A DNA stretch of 64,000 nt from Octopus bimaculoides (taxonomy: Eukaryota). A program made the translations under genes and the position numbers. The notes under the pieces are model-generated. The model was not told the DNA's origin, did not search any database, and saw only the letters and a list, made by a program, of their open reading frames with translations. The stretch is from the NCBI RefSeq assembly GCF_001194135.2, contig NC_068984.1, forward strand, positions 103,879,790 through 103,943,789, read 5' to 3'. The first letter of the stretch is position 1; each line of letters starts with the position of its first letter. This document shows positions 62,099 through 64,000 of this stretch, in pieces.

Positions 62099-62789
62099 TC
62101 TCACATCACTGCATAATTGGTAAGTGTGTTTTACTCCATCAGGAATGTCTGTAGCTAAGCTTATACTATAACCTTGGGTCAACTAAAACCTTACATCTAT
62201 CTATGTGGAGAAAGGATAAGGGACCAAAAGTGAGGGGAAGTGGTGTCATTTCAAGAAGTGGCATGTTCAAACAGCCTCTTCTTCACCAGTGTGTTGTGTG
62301 TGACAGACATGTTTTTGGAACTGATCTCAGGGAAATAGTTCTTTCTAGACAAAAGCTTAGGCAGAGGGCACATGAGGGAATGACTGGTAAGTTTTGCTGG
62401 TTCCCATGACATTGGATTTACTGTTGCCAATTGCATCTCGAGATAAGAGCAACCTCTTTTTGTGCCTTACAACTACAATCTGAAATTTGCTTAACACAAA
62501 CTGTGTAGAAGCCTGTCAGAAGGACTGTTCCTGTCCTTGGGTTGTAAATTTAATCCATCGTCCAGTTTAACATCACCTCCTGGTCTTGGGGTGCCTTTGA
62601 CAGAGTCCATCCTTTTGCTGTAAGTATTTGTACTAGATCTCAGGTCTAAGAATAACTCCTCCCACAAGTCATGAAGGCCCTATAAAAGGAACATGATTGT
62701 TGCCCTTGTCCATTCACTACATGTAAAGTCTACCTTGGGTTTAAAACCCTATTAGACAAGATCTTATTCCGTTTCCATGGTGGTTAAAT

Positions 62790-62995
62790 ACAAGATTCTT
62801 GCTTGAATGGGATACCAATCTCTTACAAGGTTTAACCATTGACTCCTCTGTCGTTGGTACTCACTCTCAACAGAGTAGACTAAATCAACAGGAGATGAAG
62901 TGCCTTGCTCAAGGGCACAATGCACTGCACAATCTGAGAATCAAACCAACGACCTGACTGTCATAAACACTCTAACCACTATGTCACTTGACACT
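62790..62995 (-). mobile_element. CORE/Deu-like SINE remnant
   Basis: AAGTGCCTTGCTCAAGGGCACAA..GAATCAAACC..CTCTAACCACT. Confidence 0.6.
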
Positions 62996-63039
62996 TGACT
63001 AAGCCCTTAAACACACAAGAAAATCAACTCTGAATAAGA

Positions 63040-63210
63040 AAGACCTATGATCAACAGAGTTCCAGCATAGCCATGGAATCACTTTTATATATCTAGGACT
63101 ACCTTCTCTAATGTGTTCTTTCATCTTCAAGAGAATAGAGTGTATTTTGATGGAGATTCAGCTGGTTGTTATTTCTAGCAAGCCGAGTGACCACATAGAG
63201 GCTCTTTTAT
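63040..63210 (+). mobile_element. SINE-like repeat (GACCTATGATCAA family)
   Basis: GACCTATGATCAACAGAGTTCCAGC...GGAGATTCAGCTGGTTGTTATTTCTAGCA. Confidence 0.55.
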
Positions 63211-63774
63211 TCTTTTTGCTAGTTGCTAATGTTTGTTCATTCCTTTAGATGAGTGTGGTCCTGAGAAATAGTGAAATTGTCCTCACCAATCTAACATGGC
63301 TAAGTCCCTGCTAAGCTAACTTATCTTTGTCTCAATATAGGAAGACAAATGTTCTTGAGTATATATTTCTCTGACTCAACTGAGTACATACTCAATTTGT
63401 TCATAAATGCTATTTTGGACAAAAGTGAACAGAGAGAGATAGTATAGGGATAGTTTTTTCTATTTTAAAATATGTTAATGCATTTGCTTCATTATTAGTC
63501 AAAAAAATTAAAAAGTAATGTTCTTTCAGAAGTTTTAATCACAGTTGTTTATTTTTTAAATTGTATTTTTAATAAATTTGCTTCCCAGCAATATGGTTTC
63601 AGCTTCATTCCTAATTCATGGCACCTTATATTATATCCCCAGGCCAGCCAAAGCCTTGAGTGGATTTGGTAGGCAAAAAGGGAAAAAAAGCCTCTGTGTG
63701 TTTGTATGTGTGTATGTTATATATGTATGTTTTTATATATGTATGTTTTTATATATATATATATATATATATAT

Positions 63775-64000
63775 AATCATCATCATCATCATCATCGTTT
63801 AACGTCCGCTTTCCATGCTAGCATGGGTTGGACTATTTGACTGAGGACTAGTGAAACCGGATGGCAACACCAGGCTCCAGTCTGATTTGGCAGAGTTTCT
63901 ACAGCTGGATGCCCTTCCTAACGCCAACCACTCAGAGAGTGTAATGGGTGCTTTTACGTGTCACCCGCACGAAAACGGCCACGCTCGAAATGGTGTCTTT
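63775..64000 (-). mobile_element. RTE 3'-tail / Ceph-like repeat, runs off the window
   Basis: (CAT)n-CGTTTAACGTCCGCTTTCCATGCTAGCATGGGTTGG. Confidence 0.82.

Noticed and set aside
62100-62720. Complex sequence with short ORFs as further PRPF18 exons
   Set aside because: No PRPF18-like peptide; looks like a decayed LINE but could not be classified
1-64000. CRISPR arrays, rRNA, prokaryotic operons or defence systems
   Set aside because: None seen; the window is intron-rich animal DNA, and the IS1595-like ORF is explained by a eukaryotic Merlin transposon

Overview
AT-rich, microsatellite- and repeat-dense animal genomic DNA with many N gaps. The repeat families look like those I recall from octopod cephalopods (Octopus sp.), which is an inference and not a database result. 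Three spliced protein-coding genes were rebuilt by hand with GT-AG junctions and consistent phases. (1) A complete 4-exon, 750-aa USP-family deubiquitinase on + (9114-42970) with N-terminal membrane helices and a variant Cys box. (2) A complete 5-exon, 477-aa EEP (endonuclease/exonuclease/phosphatase) protein on - (58656-48853) with a signal peptide. Its last catalytic motif (SDH) is separated from the rest of the domain by a Cys-rich module and two transmembrane helices. (3) The first two coding exons of PRPF18 on + (60283-), head-to-head with the EEP gene. The rest is mobile DNA: Penelope-like elements (PLEs) with pseudo-LTRs, RTE and CR1 LINE pieces, several SINE families, piggyBac (a remnant plus TTAA MITEs), Merlin, mariner/Tc1 and hAT elements. 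Six minimal hammerhead-ribozyme motifs from three families were found by eye, including a tRNA-headed, hammerhead-bearing short element with a fold-back duplication. No rRNA, intact tRNA or CRISPR array was seen. Most ORFs in the supplied track are microsatellite, gap or repeat artefacts.
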